Program-made: the position numbers and the translations under genes
The notes under the pieces: generated by a model
Database searches by the model: none
What the model was told of the DNA's origin: nothing
Seen by the model: the letters and a program-made list of their open reading frames with translations, nothing else
Source of the DNA: an uncultured delta proteobacterium
Lineage (GTDB): Bacteria > Desulfobacterota > Syntrophobacteria > BM002
DNA length: 64,000 bases
Reading direction: 5' to 3'
Assembly (NCBI GenBank): GCA_963712115.1
Contig: CAVQGX010000006.1
Coordinates: 1 to 64,000, forward strand
In this document: one piece after another, positions 30,131-39,613 of the stretch
How the letters are laid out: the number at the start of each line of letters is the position of its first letter
Numbering within the stretch: position 1 is the stretch's first letter

Positions 30131-30847
30131 TCATGCATACTTTGCAGGAAAGGAGAGGATTACCTTGTTTTGCCTTTCGTCCTCTTGCTCAGCGGCAATG
30201 GTGCCGCCCAACCCTTTCATGGTTTGGGCTAATAGGGCGAGGTCTGATTCACCTTGTTCTGCCTCAGCCGAAGGGTCGGCGGAGACTAGTGCTCCTATCT
30301 TGTCTGCCTCAACCGTCCCTTGGTCTGTTACCGTCACCTGGAACATTTCTCCGGACCGATCTGTCTTCACCGTTACCTCAGCCTCCCTGGGGGAGCAATT
30401 GATCGCCCGTTCGATGAATCCAAAAATTACATAAAGAAGGCGAAAGGGGTCGCTCTGGAGGTGCAAGGGTTCAGAGTCCAGTTTCGTTTCTAGATTTACC
30501 CGACGCAGGGTGGCAAACCTTTGGGCCAGAATAACAGTTTGCTTGACCGTCTCATTGAGATCCAAGTCTACCAACGACTTGTCCATGCTGTGAGCGAACT
30601 GGTTCAACCGTTTAACGATAGCCGCACTCCGTTGCACCTGTTCCTCTATGGAACCAATCAGGTTGGTCAATCGTGAGTACTGTGGCCAATCGTCGGGCGC
30701 GTCTTTGCGCAGAAGATCTCCCATGAGCCCGACTGACTCGTTGATAATGGCGAGAGTGTTTTTGATCTCATGGGAAAGGCTGGCAGTCACTTTGCCCATG
30801 AAACCTATCTCTTTTACTCTGGAGAGTTCTTCAACCTTTTTCTCCAT
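30131..30847 (-). CDS. Sensor-less HisKA protein with degenerate HATPase domain
   Basis: H-box SLSHEIKN is intact. The N-box is replaced by FGFIERAI and there is no GxGLG. Confidence 0.8.
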   Translation of the reverse strand: MEKKVEELSRVKEIGFMGKVTASLSHEIKNTLAIINESVGLMGDLLRKDAPDDWPQYSRLTNLIGSIEEQVQRSAAIVKRLNQFAHSMDKSLVDLDLNETVKQTVILAQRFATLRRVNLETKLDSEPLHLQSDPFRLLYVIFGFIERAINCSPREAEVTVKTDRSGEMFQVTVTDQGTVEADKIGALVSADPSAEAEQGESDLALLAQTMKGLGGTIAAEQEDERQNKVILSFPAKYA

Positions 30848-30851
30848 GGCT

Positions 30852-31229
30852 TCAATCCGTGCTTACTTTACTTGCGGCTTCTTTCATTTTCTCCAGCATT
30901 TCTTCTATGTCCACCGGCTTGATCAGATAATCAAAGGCACCCAACCTCATTCCTTCGATACCCTCCCTGGTGGATCCATGGCCGGTCAGCAGGATGACCT
31001 GGGTATTGGGGTGGGTCGATTTGATTTGCCTCAGGACCTCCAGTCCACCCAACCCCGGCATCATCACATCAAGAATGACCACCTCGAATTCCTTTTCCAC
31101 CAGCCTGGCCAATGCTTCTTCCCCGTTCAGTGCGCTGTCCACCTCAATACCTCGCAACATGAGTCTCTCTGAGAGGGCCGAGACAAATTCTTCTTCGTCA
31201 TCAACCAGCAACACTCTATATTCTGCCAT
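30852..31229 (-). CDS. Stand-alone response regulator
   Basis: LLVDDE, LDVMMPG, LTGHG and DYLIKP. Confidence 0.92.
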   Translation of the reverse strand: MAEYRVLLVDDEEEFVSALSERLMLRGIEVDSALNGEEALARLVEKEFEVVILDVMMPGLGGLEVLRQIKSTHPNTQVILLTGHGSTREGIEGMRLGAFDYLIKPVDIEEMLEKMKEAASKVSTD

Positions 31230-31239
31230 CTTCGAGCTC

Positions 31240-32974
31240 CTATGCCATCTTGCATTTCCGAGGAAGAACTACGGTGAAAGTGCTACCCTTTCCTAACTTA
31301 CTTTCCACTCTGATGTCACCACCGCATTTGGCTACAATGCCGTAAGAAATGGATAGTCCCAGTCCGGTACCTTGCTCTTTGCCCCTCGTGTAGAAGGGAT
31401 CAAATATGTGTTTCAGGTCATCCGGGTGAATACCACGGCCGTCGTCGGCGATTGCAACTTCAACGATGTCCGGTTCCGTCTCATTTTCCTTGGTAGCAAT
31501 GGTGATGTTGCCCCCATCCGCCACCGCTTCAAAGGCATTGTTAATGATGTTCAAGAACACCTGCTGCAGCTGACCCCTGTCGTGGGCGATGGGGGCGAGA
31601 TCCGGGGCAAGGTTGAAATTTACCTTGATATTTCGGTGGAAGGCCTCCTTCTCCAAAAAGCCCAGCACCTCTTGCACCAGCTCGTTGAGGTAGATTGTCT
31701 CAACCTTGACATCCATGCGCTTGGCGAATCCGAGGAGTCGATGAGTGATTTCCCGGCAGCGGTTAACCGACCTCAAGATGGATTCCACCTGCGACAGCAA
31801 TTTCTCCCGGTCATGGTATTCCTTGGAGAATTCTACCAGGTCTTTAAGCAAGCCTGCTTTTTCGTTGATGATGGCCAGGGGGTTGTTTATCTCATGAGCC
31901 ACACCAGCGGCCAGCCTCCCCAGTGAAGCCAGCTTGGCAGTTTGCTCCACTTCGATGTAGCAGGATTCACGCTTTTGATCGGCTTCGCGGATTCGATCTA
32001 CCAAGAGGCCGGCAGTCCTGAAAGAGACTATGAGGATGACTGCCACACTGACCACCAGGACCAGGAGAAGTTCGCTTTTCAAGGTAAACCAGCCGGCCAT
32101 CACCTCACCAGGTTCCTTGATCAGAACGAGAATAAAAGTGGCACCCCGCAAGTAGGCGTAACCTAGCAGGTGTTCTCCGTGATCGTCCTTCGTTCTGGTT
32201 ATAACCGCTTCCTGACTCATTGGTGGGACTGGAAGAGAAACTTTTTCCAGGACGTTACCGTGGAATCGCGAAGGTGTCTGCAGGACACCCTCCCGATCTA
32301 TAAGAAATATATCGCTCCCAGGTCTGAGGGTGATGGTGCTAATGAGCTGGTTGAACTTCTCGGTGTCAATGGTGGCTCGCAAAACATAAAAATCACCTTC
32401 GACAGTATCCCGCTTGATGGCTATGACGAAATGGGGAAATTTCCGGTATCCCAGGAAAACGTTGCTGACGTAGACCCCACGAAGCTGTACCTCCTGAAAC
32501 CAGTCTTGATCTCGGTAATTCTTGCCCTTGAGTTCGTAGGGCCCGGCGTAGCTTCGCTGTAGACCGGAAGAGTCGATAAGACCGAGGTCTACAAACTCGG
32601 GGAACTCTGCCCTCAGACTCTGAAAAATGAAATTGAGACGGCCTTGGTTGCTCAGTTCCTCAAAAGTGCGCTCCCGGATCAGCAACCTCAGGGTGGACTC
32701 CCGCTCGCTCAGGAAAAGCTCGAGGGTGTGTTTTGCACTGGTGATCAACCTCGTCAGCGGTTTGACAATTTCTTCCTTGAGCGCACTCTGATACTGATAG
32801 TAGTTGATTGCCGCCATGAGCAGCAGAGGAATGATCGCAGTGGCGCAGACAATCAAGACAAAATTCTTGCGCAGGAGGTTGTATCGTTCAGGCCCCTCCC
32901 CGTAGTTGGGGAAAGTCCTTCAAGCCTTTGGGCATCAGCCGTCGAAACTTTTGCCAGATACCGCTCATCTTCAT
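31240..32974 (-). CDS. Cache-domain sensor histidine kinase (5' end frameshifted near 32912)
   Basis: Paralog of 24296-26119 with AHEINNP and GTGLGL. The ATG at 32974 (TGATG overlap) joins the main frame if one base is removed from TTTCCCC. Confidence 0.88.
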
Positions 32975-33325
32975 CAACCTTGAGAAGCTTCTCCACTCAG
33001 GATCGCTCCGGGCTCAAGTCTACCACCTCTGGCAAACTCCAGGGCCCGGTCGTACGGCGCTATTACAGAATCAATAACCCTTACCTCTTTTCCAGGTGAG
33101 ATACTGGAAATACTCCTCCTCTATACCACCACAGATTACCATGGTGATCCCTTCGGTGAGAATCAGGTGACAAAGATCTTCAGCGGACACGCTTGGTAAA
33201 ACCACAGTTTTGCAGTGCAGCACCTCGCCAGTGGAATCCACCGTGGCAACCAGTACCTCGCTGGTCAGGTCAAAGCGGGGCGCCACCTGGTCTCGCCAAA
33301 TGGTAATCAACAGTTTCTCGTTCAT
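32974..33325 (-). CDS. NifB/NifX (dinitrogenase FeMo-co biosynthesis-like) family small protein, frameshift near 33087
   Basis: VAPRFD..ICGGI. After the shift it continues VRVIDSVIAPYDRALEFARGGRLEPGAIL to a TGA overlapping the next ATG. Confidence 0.75.
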
Positions 33326-33337
33326 TTCCTACAAATC

Positions 33338-33353
33338 AGCAATTATCGTGCCA
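33338..33353 (-). promoter_or_regulatory. Sigma-54 promoter TGGCAC-GATAA-TTGCT with TGTCTTATTTTGAGACA dyad at 33405-33421
   Basis: Perfect -24/-12 consensus directly downstream of a bEBP gene. Confidence 0.75.
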
Positions 33354-33493
33354 CATATAAACTGTAATAAAATCAATATTTTGAGTATATAGTAAGATTT
33401 TATTTGTCTTATTTTGAGACAAAACAAAACACTAGGTTAATTTCATTTTGGTACAAAATTGAGACTATTTGAGACATTATTTCTGCCCAACGG

Positions 33494-34903
33494 TCAAACC
33501 AGATTGTGCTGCTTCATTTTCCTCCACAGGGTTGACCTACCCCAGCCAAGAAGTTTGGCCGCCTTGCTCCTGTTGCCCCTGCTCTTCAGCAGGGCCTCGG
33601 AGATCATGCGACGCTCCATCTCTCGCCAGTTGAGCCGATTGTCAGCGACTCTCGTTTTCATCTTCTCGTCCGCCAGTCCAGGGTAACTGTCCCTTTCGCC
33701 ACCAGTCACCCCGGCCTCCGGTTGCAGGGACTCATCCCATGCTCCTCCAAGATAATCAGGCAAATGTTCTGGCTTTATAATGGTTTCATGGCAAACATTG
33801 GTGGCATATTCCACCATGTTGCCCAACTCGCGCACATTACCCGGGTATGGATACCGTCTGAGGATCTCAATGGCTTCCGGGGAAAAGGTTCTGATTTTCT
33901 TTTGAAATTGTTTGTTGAATTTGTTGAGGAAATACTCCATGAGTAGTCTTATATCTCCTTCCCGCTCACGCAGGGGCGGTACTTCGAGCCTCACCACATT
34001 GAGTCGGAAAAGAAGGTCTTCCCGAAAATTTCCCTGCCGCACCATGGCCTGCAAATCACGATGGGTTGCGGCGATCAGCCGCACATCGGCTCTTGCGCTT
34101 CTGGTCCCGCCCAGAGGGATAATTTCCTTGTCATCGAGGAAAGTCAGAAGCTTGACCTGAAGGGTCAAAGGTAAATCGCCAATTTCAGTTAGATAAAGCG
34201 TCCCTCCGTCGGCCAGTTGGAATCGACCGGGCTTATCCCGCACAGCACCCGTGAAAGCGCCTCTTGTATGACCGAAAAGCTCTGACTCCAAGAGAGTCTC
34301 GGGCAAAGCGCCGCAGTTGATCTTAATAAAAGGCCCTTGCGCTCTGGGGGACACCCGATGGATCACCGAGGCAATGAGGTCTTTACCAGTGCCGGTCTCT
34401 CCTGTTATCAGCACTGAGGAATCAGTCTGTGAGATAATGGGAAGAATGTCTAAAAGTTTTTGCATCTTGGGGCTGTGACCAACCAGGTCACTGAAATCGT
34501 GAGCTATTTGAGTCTTCTTATCCAACTGACGGAGCAGCGAAATATCCTCGATCGTCTCTATCACCCCTACAGGCTGACCTTCATCGTCCTTGAGGACAGA
34601 GGCGTGGATCATAACCGGAATTTTTTGTCGTTCCCGGTTGATTATGTTTCCTTCAAGGTGAACAGCTCGGTCACTTTCCAAGGCCTGTTTTGCCGGACAC
34701 TGCTGAGTACAGAGGTTATTCCTGATGATGTGAGAACAGCCAACCCCAATGGCCTCCTCTCGGCTGAAGCCGGTCATGGCCTCAAGGGCTCGGTTTATTG
34801 CCTGGATCCGCATGTTTGTGTCAAGAACAGCGACCCCTAGAGGAATGCAGTCTATTACTTCGTCTAGCTGGACACTTTTGTTTGGAAAAGAAGAAAAATC
34901 CAT
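33494..34903 (-). CDS. PAS-domain sigma-54 enhancer-binding protein
   Basis: PAS with Cys motif (CSHIIRNNLCTQQCP), GETGTGKD, GAFTGA, YPGNVREL and HTH. Walker B reads YLTEIG. Confidence 0.95.
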   Translation of the reverse strand: MDFSSFPNKSVQLDEVIDCIPLGVAVLDTNMRIQAINRALEAMTGFSREEAIGVGCSHIIRNNLCTQQCPAKQALESDRAVHLEGNIINRERQKIPVMIHASVLKDDEGQPVGVIETIEDISLLRQLDKKTQIAHDFSDLVGHSPKMQKLLDILPIISQTDSSVLITGETGTGKDLIASVIHRVSPRAQGPFIKINCGALPETLLESELFGHTRGAFTGAVRDKPGRFQLADGGTLYLTEIGDLPLTLQVKLLTFLDDKEIIPLGGTRSARADVRLIAATHRDLQAMVRQGNFREDLLFRLNVVRLEVPPLREREGDIRLLMEYFLNKFNKQFQKKIRTFSPEAIEILRRYPYPGNVRELGNMVEYATNVCHETIIKPEHLPDYLGGAWDESLQPEAGVTGGERDSYPGLADEKMKTRVADNRLNWREMERRMISEALLKSRGNRSKAAKLLGWGRSTLWRKMKQHNLV

Positions 34904-34961
34904 GGTGAAAATCTCCTTGACACCTCATAATATCAAGGATAACAGTTACTCTCGGCTAACA

Positions 34962-35188
34962 TAAAGAATCTGGGCTCTGCCTCCGGCCCGGAGGGAGGAA
35001 CGGACTTTGGCCTGCCCAACTGAAAGGCACAGGGTTCAAGGTATAAGGCACATGGCAACAATAGATCTTGAATATTCCTTTCTTCCCTGCGCCCTACGCC
35101 TTGCGCCTTAAGCCTAAGACCTCTTCGGCTGGCAAAGCCATTGTGATTTGACCTAGCCCCGAGAACAGGTTTTTGATAATTAAATAAA
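34962..35188 (+). mobile_element. AAAGAATCC-family hairpin/MITE-like element, copy A (heptamer cargo)
   Basis: Close homolog of 47036-47246, with AAGGCAC arms pairing with GCGCCTT arms. Confidence 0.75.
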
Positions 35189-35220
35189 ACCTACGCCAGA
35201 ATCGGAACATTGTCAACAAA

Positions 35221-35694
35221 ATGAAACGTAGTGAAACAGCTCCTTTTACTGTGCAAGAAGCCTCAGGAGCGGATGCTACCGCCATTCTAGCTTTGGCAGA
35301 TGTGCACCGGGACGAATTGGGGGCAATCATGCAGCATCGACAGTGGCTGTTGCAACAAGTAGAAATGGGAGAGGTTTTCGTCGCCAAAGCTGCCGAGGGC
35401 AAAGTGATAGGCTTCGTTGTTTTCAGTCACCAAAGTCTCAGGAAACAAGAAAATACCACCGTCTACTATCTTTGCACCAGTAAAGATTATAGGGGGCAGG
35501 GAGTTGGAAAATTGCTTATGGAGGCAGTGGCCTCCGATGCGCGAATCCGCGGCAAAAAAACTATAGACCTGAAATGCCCGGCTCACGCTCCAGCAAATTA
35601 CTTTTACAAAGGCATTGGCTACAAGTTATTGCAGAGTGAAACAGATCAGCAGGGCGGCCGTCTAAATGTCTGGACTCTACGTCTCTCGGAGTGA
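35221..35694 (+). CDS. GNAT family N-acetyltransferase
   Basis: YRGQGVGKLLM acetyl-CoA motif and ANYFYKGIGY. Confidence 0.9.
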   Translation: MKRSETAPFTVQEASGADATAILALADVHRDELGAIMQHRQWLLQQVEMGEVFVAKAAEGKVIGFVVFSHQSLRKQENTTVYYLCTSKDYRGQGVGKLLMEAVASDARIRGKKTIDLKCPAHAPANYFYKGIGYKLLQSETDQQGGRLNVWTLRLSE

Positions 35695-35767
35695 TTGATT
35701 TTGTTTTTTTATTGTATCGAATTATAAATACATCATTTCAAATCACCGGGGTTTCGGGAGAATCACC

Positions 35768-36322
35768 ATGAAAATAAAGACCGTCAGGGATATAATGACT
35801 CCTCTTTCCGAGTACGGGACGATTTCGGAGGAGGCCACTTTGTATGAGGCTGCTGTGGCCCTGGATAAAGCTCAGCAGGAGTTCCAGCAGGATCGTAGCC
35901 GGCACAGATTGCTTCTTATCGTTGATCAGAATGGAGAGGTCAAGGGAAAGATCAGCCAGTTGGATGTGCTAAGAGCCCTGGAACCAAAGGGAGAGCACAT
36001 CGAGGACTCACGGTTATTGAGACGTTTCGGCGTCAGCAGGGAGTATCTAAAGCCCATGCTCAAGCAGTTTCACTTTTGGGAAAAACCACTGATGGACCTC
36101 TGCAAAGAGGCAGGGAGGCTCAAGGTGAAAAGGTTGCTCCATGCCCCAGCAGAAGGAGAGTTCGTCGATGAAAATGCTTCTCTGGCCGAAGCCATCCACC
36201 AATTAGATATGGGGCATTATCAGTCTTTGTTGGTCACAAGGGGCAAAAAGATTGTGGGAATCTTGAGACAGAGAGATATGTTCAAAGAGGTTTTTGAGAC
36301 TCTAAGCATTTGTGAGTTGTGA
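35768..36322 (+). CDS. CBS domain protein
   Basis: VRDIMTPLSEY..GKISQLDVLRALEP and SLLVTRGKKIVGILR. Confidence 0.9.
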   Translation: MKIKTVRDIMTPLSEYGTISEEATLYEAAVALDKAQQEFQQDRSRHRLLLIVDQNGEVKGKISQLDVLRALEPKGEHIEDSRLLRRFGVSREYLKPMLKQFHFWEKPLMDLCKEAGRLKVKRLLHAPAEGEFVDENASLAEAIHQLDMGHYQSLLVTRGKKIVGILRQRDMFKEVFETLSICEL

Positions 36323-36379
36323 ACAGGCACCACCTGCTAGACTGACAGTTATCTGCAATCTATCTTCTGGAATTTACCA

Positions 36380-37855
36380 ATGCCTAAGGTTTTAGAAGCT
36401 GGTACCAACAGCGACAGTTTCAATTGGAAGAGGATAGTTCTCTTACTAATGGGAATACTGCTCTTTGCCTTGGTCTATTATTCCCCTTCCTGGTCCGAGG
36501 CTGTTGACCCAGTGGGAAAGCACTTCTCTCTGAGCAGAGAGGGAAAAGGTGCCTTGGCGGTCGCACTCCTTGCCTCAACCTGGTGGGTATTTGAAGTGGT
36601 GCCAGTGGGAATAACCAGCCTGGCCATTGGCGTACTCCAGGTTTTTTTCTTTATTCGTCCTGCTAAAGAAGCTTTCAATGACTTCATGGACCCTTCGGTC
36701 ATGTTCATCTTCGCCTCCATTGTCATCGGCATGGTTTTCACCAAGACAGGCTTGACCAGGCGTCTGGCCTACAAGATGCTGGTGATCGTGGGGGAGAGAA
36801 CCAGCATGATTTACCTGGGCTGTTTTGTTGTCACCGCAGCTCTCACCCACATCATGGCCCATACAGCAGTGGCAGCGACTATTTATCCTCTAATTCTATC
36901 CATTTATGGACTTTACGAAGCAGACGACAAACCGACCCGATTTGGAAAAGGGCTCCTCATTGGCATGGCCTATGTGGCTGGAGCCGGCAGCATCGTTACC
37001 CTTCTGGGGGCCGCGCGAGGCCCCGTTGCCATAGGCATCTTCAACGATGTTGTAGGAAAGGATGTTGGCTTTTTCGAGTTGAGTTACTACATGCTCCCCA
37101 TCGGATGGCTTATGACCTTTCTGCTATGGGTGTTTTTCTTGATCCTCTTCAGGCCTGAAAAAAAGGTCATACCCGGCTTAAGAGAAAGAGCCATCCGGCT
37201 CAATGCCAGCCTTGGTCCCATGACCAGAAACGAGATCACTGCCGGTTGCATAATTTTGGGCTGTGTCCTGGTAATGTCCTTGCGTTCCTTTATTCCTCTT
37301 CTAAAACCGCTGGATAAAACTGCCATTATTGTGACATCCACAATCTTGTTTTTTATTACCGGCATTCTCGATATCGACGATCTCGAAGAGATCCCCTGGG
37401 ACATCATTCTCCTTTTCGCAGGTGCAATAAGCTTAGGTTTTTGCCTCTGGGAAACTGGGGCAGCGAGATGGCTGGCGGTGAAGTGGCTTATGAAATTGGA
37501 AGGAGCCAACTGGTTCCTGTTCGTCATGGGCATTGCATTTTTCGTCATGATCATGACCAACTTCATCATGAACGTGGCTGCTATTGCCATCTCCCTTCCG
37601 GTGGCCCTGGTTATCGCTCCCTATCTGGGGGTGGCGCCGGATGTCATACTCTTTGTATCTTTGGTGGCAGCCGGCATGCCATTTCTCCTACTGGTAGGAG
37701 CTGCACCGAATGCCATTGCTTATGAGTCAGGGCAGTTCACTGCCGGTGAATTCTTCGCCTACGGAACTCTGGCAAGCATCATACTTATGGCAGTAATGGC
37801 TCTTGCGGTTTTCTTTCTCTGGCCTCTGATGGGAATGCCCATTTTTGTGTCGTAG
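36380..37855 (+). CDS. SLC13/DASS family permease (paralog 2)
   Basis: Colinear and closely similar to 26460-27977. Confidence 0.93.
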   Translation: MPKVLEAGTNSDSFNWKRIVLLLMGILLFALVYYSPSWSEAVDPVGKHFSLSREGKGALAVALLASTWWVFEVVPVGITSLAIGVLQVFFFIRPAKEAFNDFMDPSVMFIFASIVIGMVFTKTGLTRRLAYKMLVIVGERTSMIYLGCFVVTAALTHIMAHTAVAATIYPLILSIYGLYEADDKPTRFGKGLLIGMAYVAGAGSIVTLLGAARGPVAIGIFNDVVGKDVGFFELSYYMLPIGWLMTFLLWVFFLILFRPEKKVIPGLRERAIRLNASLGPMTRNEITAGCIILGCVLVMSLRSFIPLLKPLDKTAIIVTSTILFFITGILDIDDLEEIPWDIILLFAGAISLGFCLWETGAARWLAVKWLMKLEGANWFLFVMGIAFFVMIMTNFIMNVAAIAISLPVALVIAPYLGVAPDVILFVSLVAAGMPFLLLVGAAPNAIAYESGQFTAGEFFAYGTLASIILMAVMALAVFFLWPLMGMPIFVS

Positions 37856-37891
37856 CGCACCCTGGCTTCAGCGTCCTATTAGTTCCAAGCG

Positions 37892-37920
37892 AAAAAAAGC
37901 CAGGAGACATTCCCCTGGCT
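37892..37920 (-). terminator. Intrinsic terminator
   Basis: AGCCAGG stem followed by a T7 run on the minus strand, downstream of the DUF1634-like gene. Confidence 0.65.
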
Positions 37921-37997
37921 CAGTTGATTGTCTGGCAATAGAATCAACCCAGAAAACGTATAGTCTCTCTGGGACTCATTTAATTAAATATACCCTC

Positions 37998-38417
37998 CTA
38001 ATGGCCGCCTGTGCCCAGCAGTCCGGAGGCCCCCAGGCAAAGTACCAACACTTCCAATATGATGAGCACCACAAAAGCGATATCTTTCTGTTTAACATAG
38101 TAAGGCAGAATGACTATGTAGCAGACAATCGTCATCCCCGCCAGCAGGGCAATTCCGATAAAATTGAGAAAGTCGCCCTTACCAAGTAGGGTAGCCCAAC
38201 CCCACCCTATGGGGATGTTGGCCTCTTGCACATACTGGCTCACCGGCATGGACCAGTATTGCGAAATTTCGTTGATCGGTACGTAACTTTCAAAAATTCC
38301 GCTTACGTAGACGAAGAAGGTAACAATCAGTATGGCTATGGCGCCCCAGCTGCCATAAAAAAGCAGGTTGGCATAGGTGATCTGTTCGGGTGGAGCTTGT
38401 GGTGACTTAGATGACAT
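37998..38417 (-). CDS. DUF1634-like membrane protein (TSUP partner)
   Basis: EQITYANLL..GWGW...GDFLNFIGIALLAG, directly downstream of a TSUP gene. Confidence 0.8.
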   Translation of the reverse strand: MSSKSPQAPPEQITYANLLFYGSWGAIAILIVTFFVYVSGIFESYVPINEISQYWSMPVSQYVQEANIPIGWGWATLLGKGDFLNFIGIALLAGMTIVCYIVILPYYVKQKDIAFVVLIILEVLVLCLGASGLLGTGGH

Positions 38418-38434
38418 TTCTTCACCTCACTGAA

Positions 38435-39388
38435 TTAAATACCAAGCCCTTTCATAAAGGCTCTAACCCCTGCGAACAGGAGCACACCAATGACAATGTA
38501 GCGGATGACCTTCGGTTTCGCCACCGCCAGAATTCTCACTCCCACAAAAGATCCCAGCATTAGTCCTACGATGGAAGGCACCGCCATAAGGGGAATGACG
38601 CAGCCCTGATTGAGATAGATCCAGGCCGCCGAGGTGTCGGTGATGGAGAGCAAAAACTTGCTGGTTCCCACCGAGAGCTTCAAGGGGGCTCCCATGAGCA
38701 AATTAAGCACCGGAACATTGGCCCACCCCGCACCCAGGCCGAACATACCGGCCATGACGCCGATGACGATAAAAAGAAGCAAGCCTGGCAGGGTGCGGTG
38801 GGTTTTCCACTCGATATTTTCTCCGGTGGATGGCTCCAGATAAGCACCGGCCATTTTCAAAGCTCCCCCTATTCCGTCCTGCTTTTCCACCACCGGCCGT
38901 TCCACGTTCTTGGACAAGGTGATCAAGGCCGCGATGAAAATGATTGTCGCCCCCAGGGCAATCTGGATGATGTTGGTGGGAAGAGCAAGACCCAGCAGAG
39001 CACCGACAATGGCGCAACTGGAGGCAATGAGAGCAACCGGCAGAGCGAGGCGGAGATTGGCAAAGTTTCTCTTGAGCAAGCCCGGCCCTGCTGCCAGAGC
39101 CCCTGCCAGGGCCACCAGCAATCCTGTCCCCCTGACAAAGTCAAGGTGAAATGGAAAGAAGCCACTCACCAGGGGCACATAAAGCACGCCGCCGCCAACA
39201 CCAGCCAGAACCGCCAGGATTCCCAGGACAAAGCAGAAGAAAAAGAGAACAATGGGCCAGAACCACCAGGCACGTTGTGAACCTTCTACAATCGCCCCTT
39301 CTGCTGTGGCCCATGCGGGGGATGATACTAACCATAAGAAAAGAAAAACCGCCTTGACCGTAAGCACTCTGCAGCCGTTTCTAATCAT
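38435..39388 (-). CDS. TSUP (TauE/SafE) family transporter
   Basis: AGVGGGVLYVP and FGLGAGWANVP motifs. Confidence 0.9.
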   Translation of the reverse strand: MIRNGCRVLTVKAVFLFLWLVSSPAWATAEGAIVEGSQRAWWFWPIVLFFFCFVLGILAVLAGVGGGVLYVPLVSGFFPFHLDFVRGTGLLVALAGALAAGPGLLKRNFANLRLALPVALIASSCAIVGALLGLALPTNIIQIALGATIIFIAALITLSKNVERPVVEKQDGIGGALKMAGAYLEPSTGENIEWKTHRTLPGLLLFIVIGVMAGMFGLGAGWANVPVLNLLMGAPLKLSVGTSKFLLSITDTSAAWIYLNQGCVIPLMAVPSIVGLMLGSFVGVRILAVAKPKVIRYIVIGVLLFAGVRAFMKGLGI

Positions 39389-39613
39389 TGACTAACCTCA
39401 ACAGATATGGATCGACCGAATCGGATAGGACTTACAAAAGAGATGTGAACAAGAGTACGTGCATTTTATAACAAAGTCCCGCCTAAACTAGCAAACCCCT
39501 GACATTTCTGTCAAGGTAAATCTGTTTTCAAATTACGTAGATATTCAGGCCAGAAGCGAAATTGCGGGTCCTCTGAGACCGGGGAGAAAGAGCCATTCCC
39601 CCCCTACACGCTG

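Noticed and set aside
32974-33325. Nitrogen fixation inferred from the NifB/NifX-like gene (likewise methanogenesis from the FmdE-family gene)
   Set aside because: Both families are widespread outside those pathways, and no nif or fmd catalytic genes are present.
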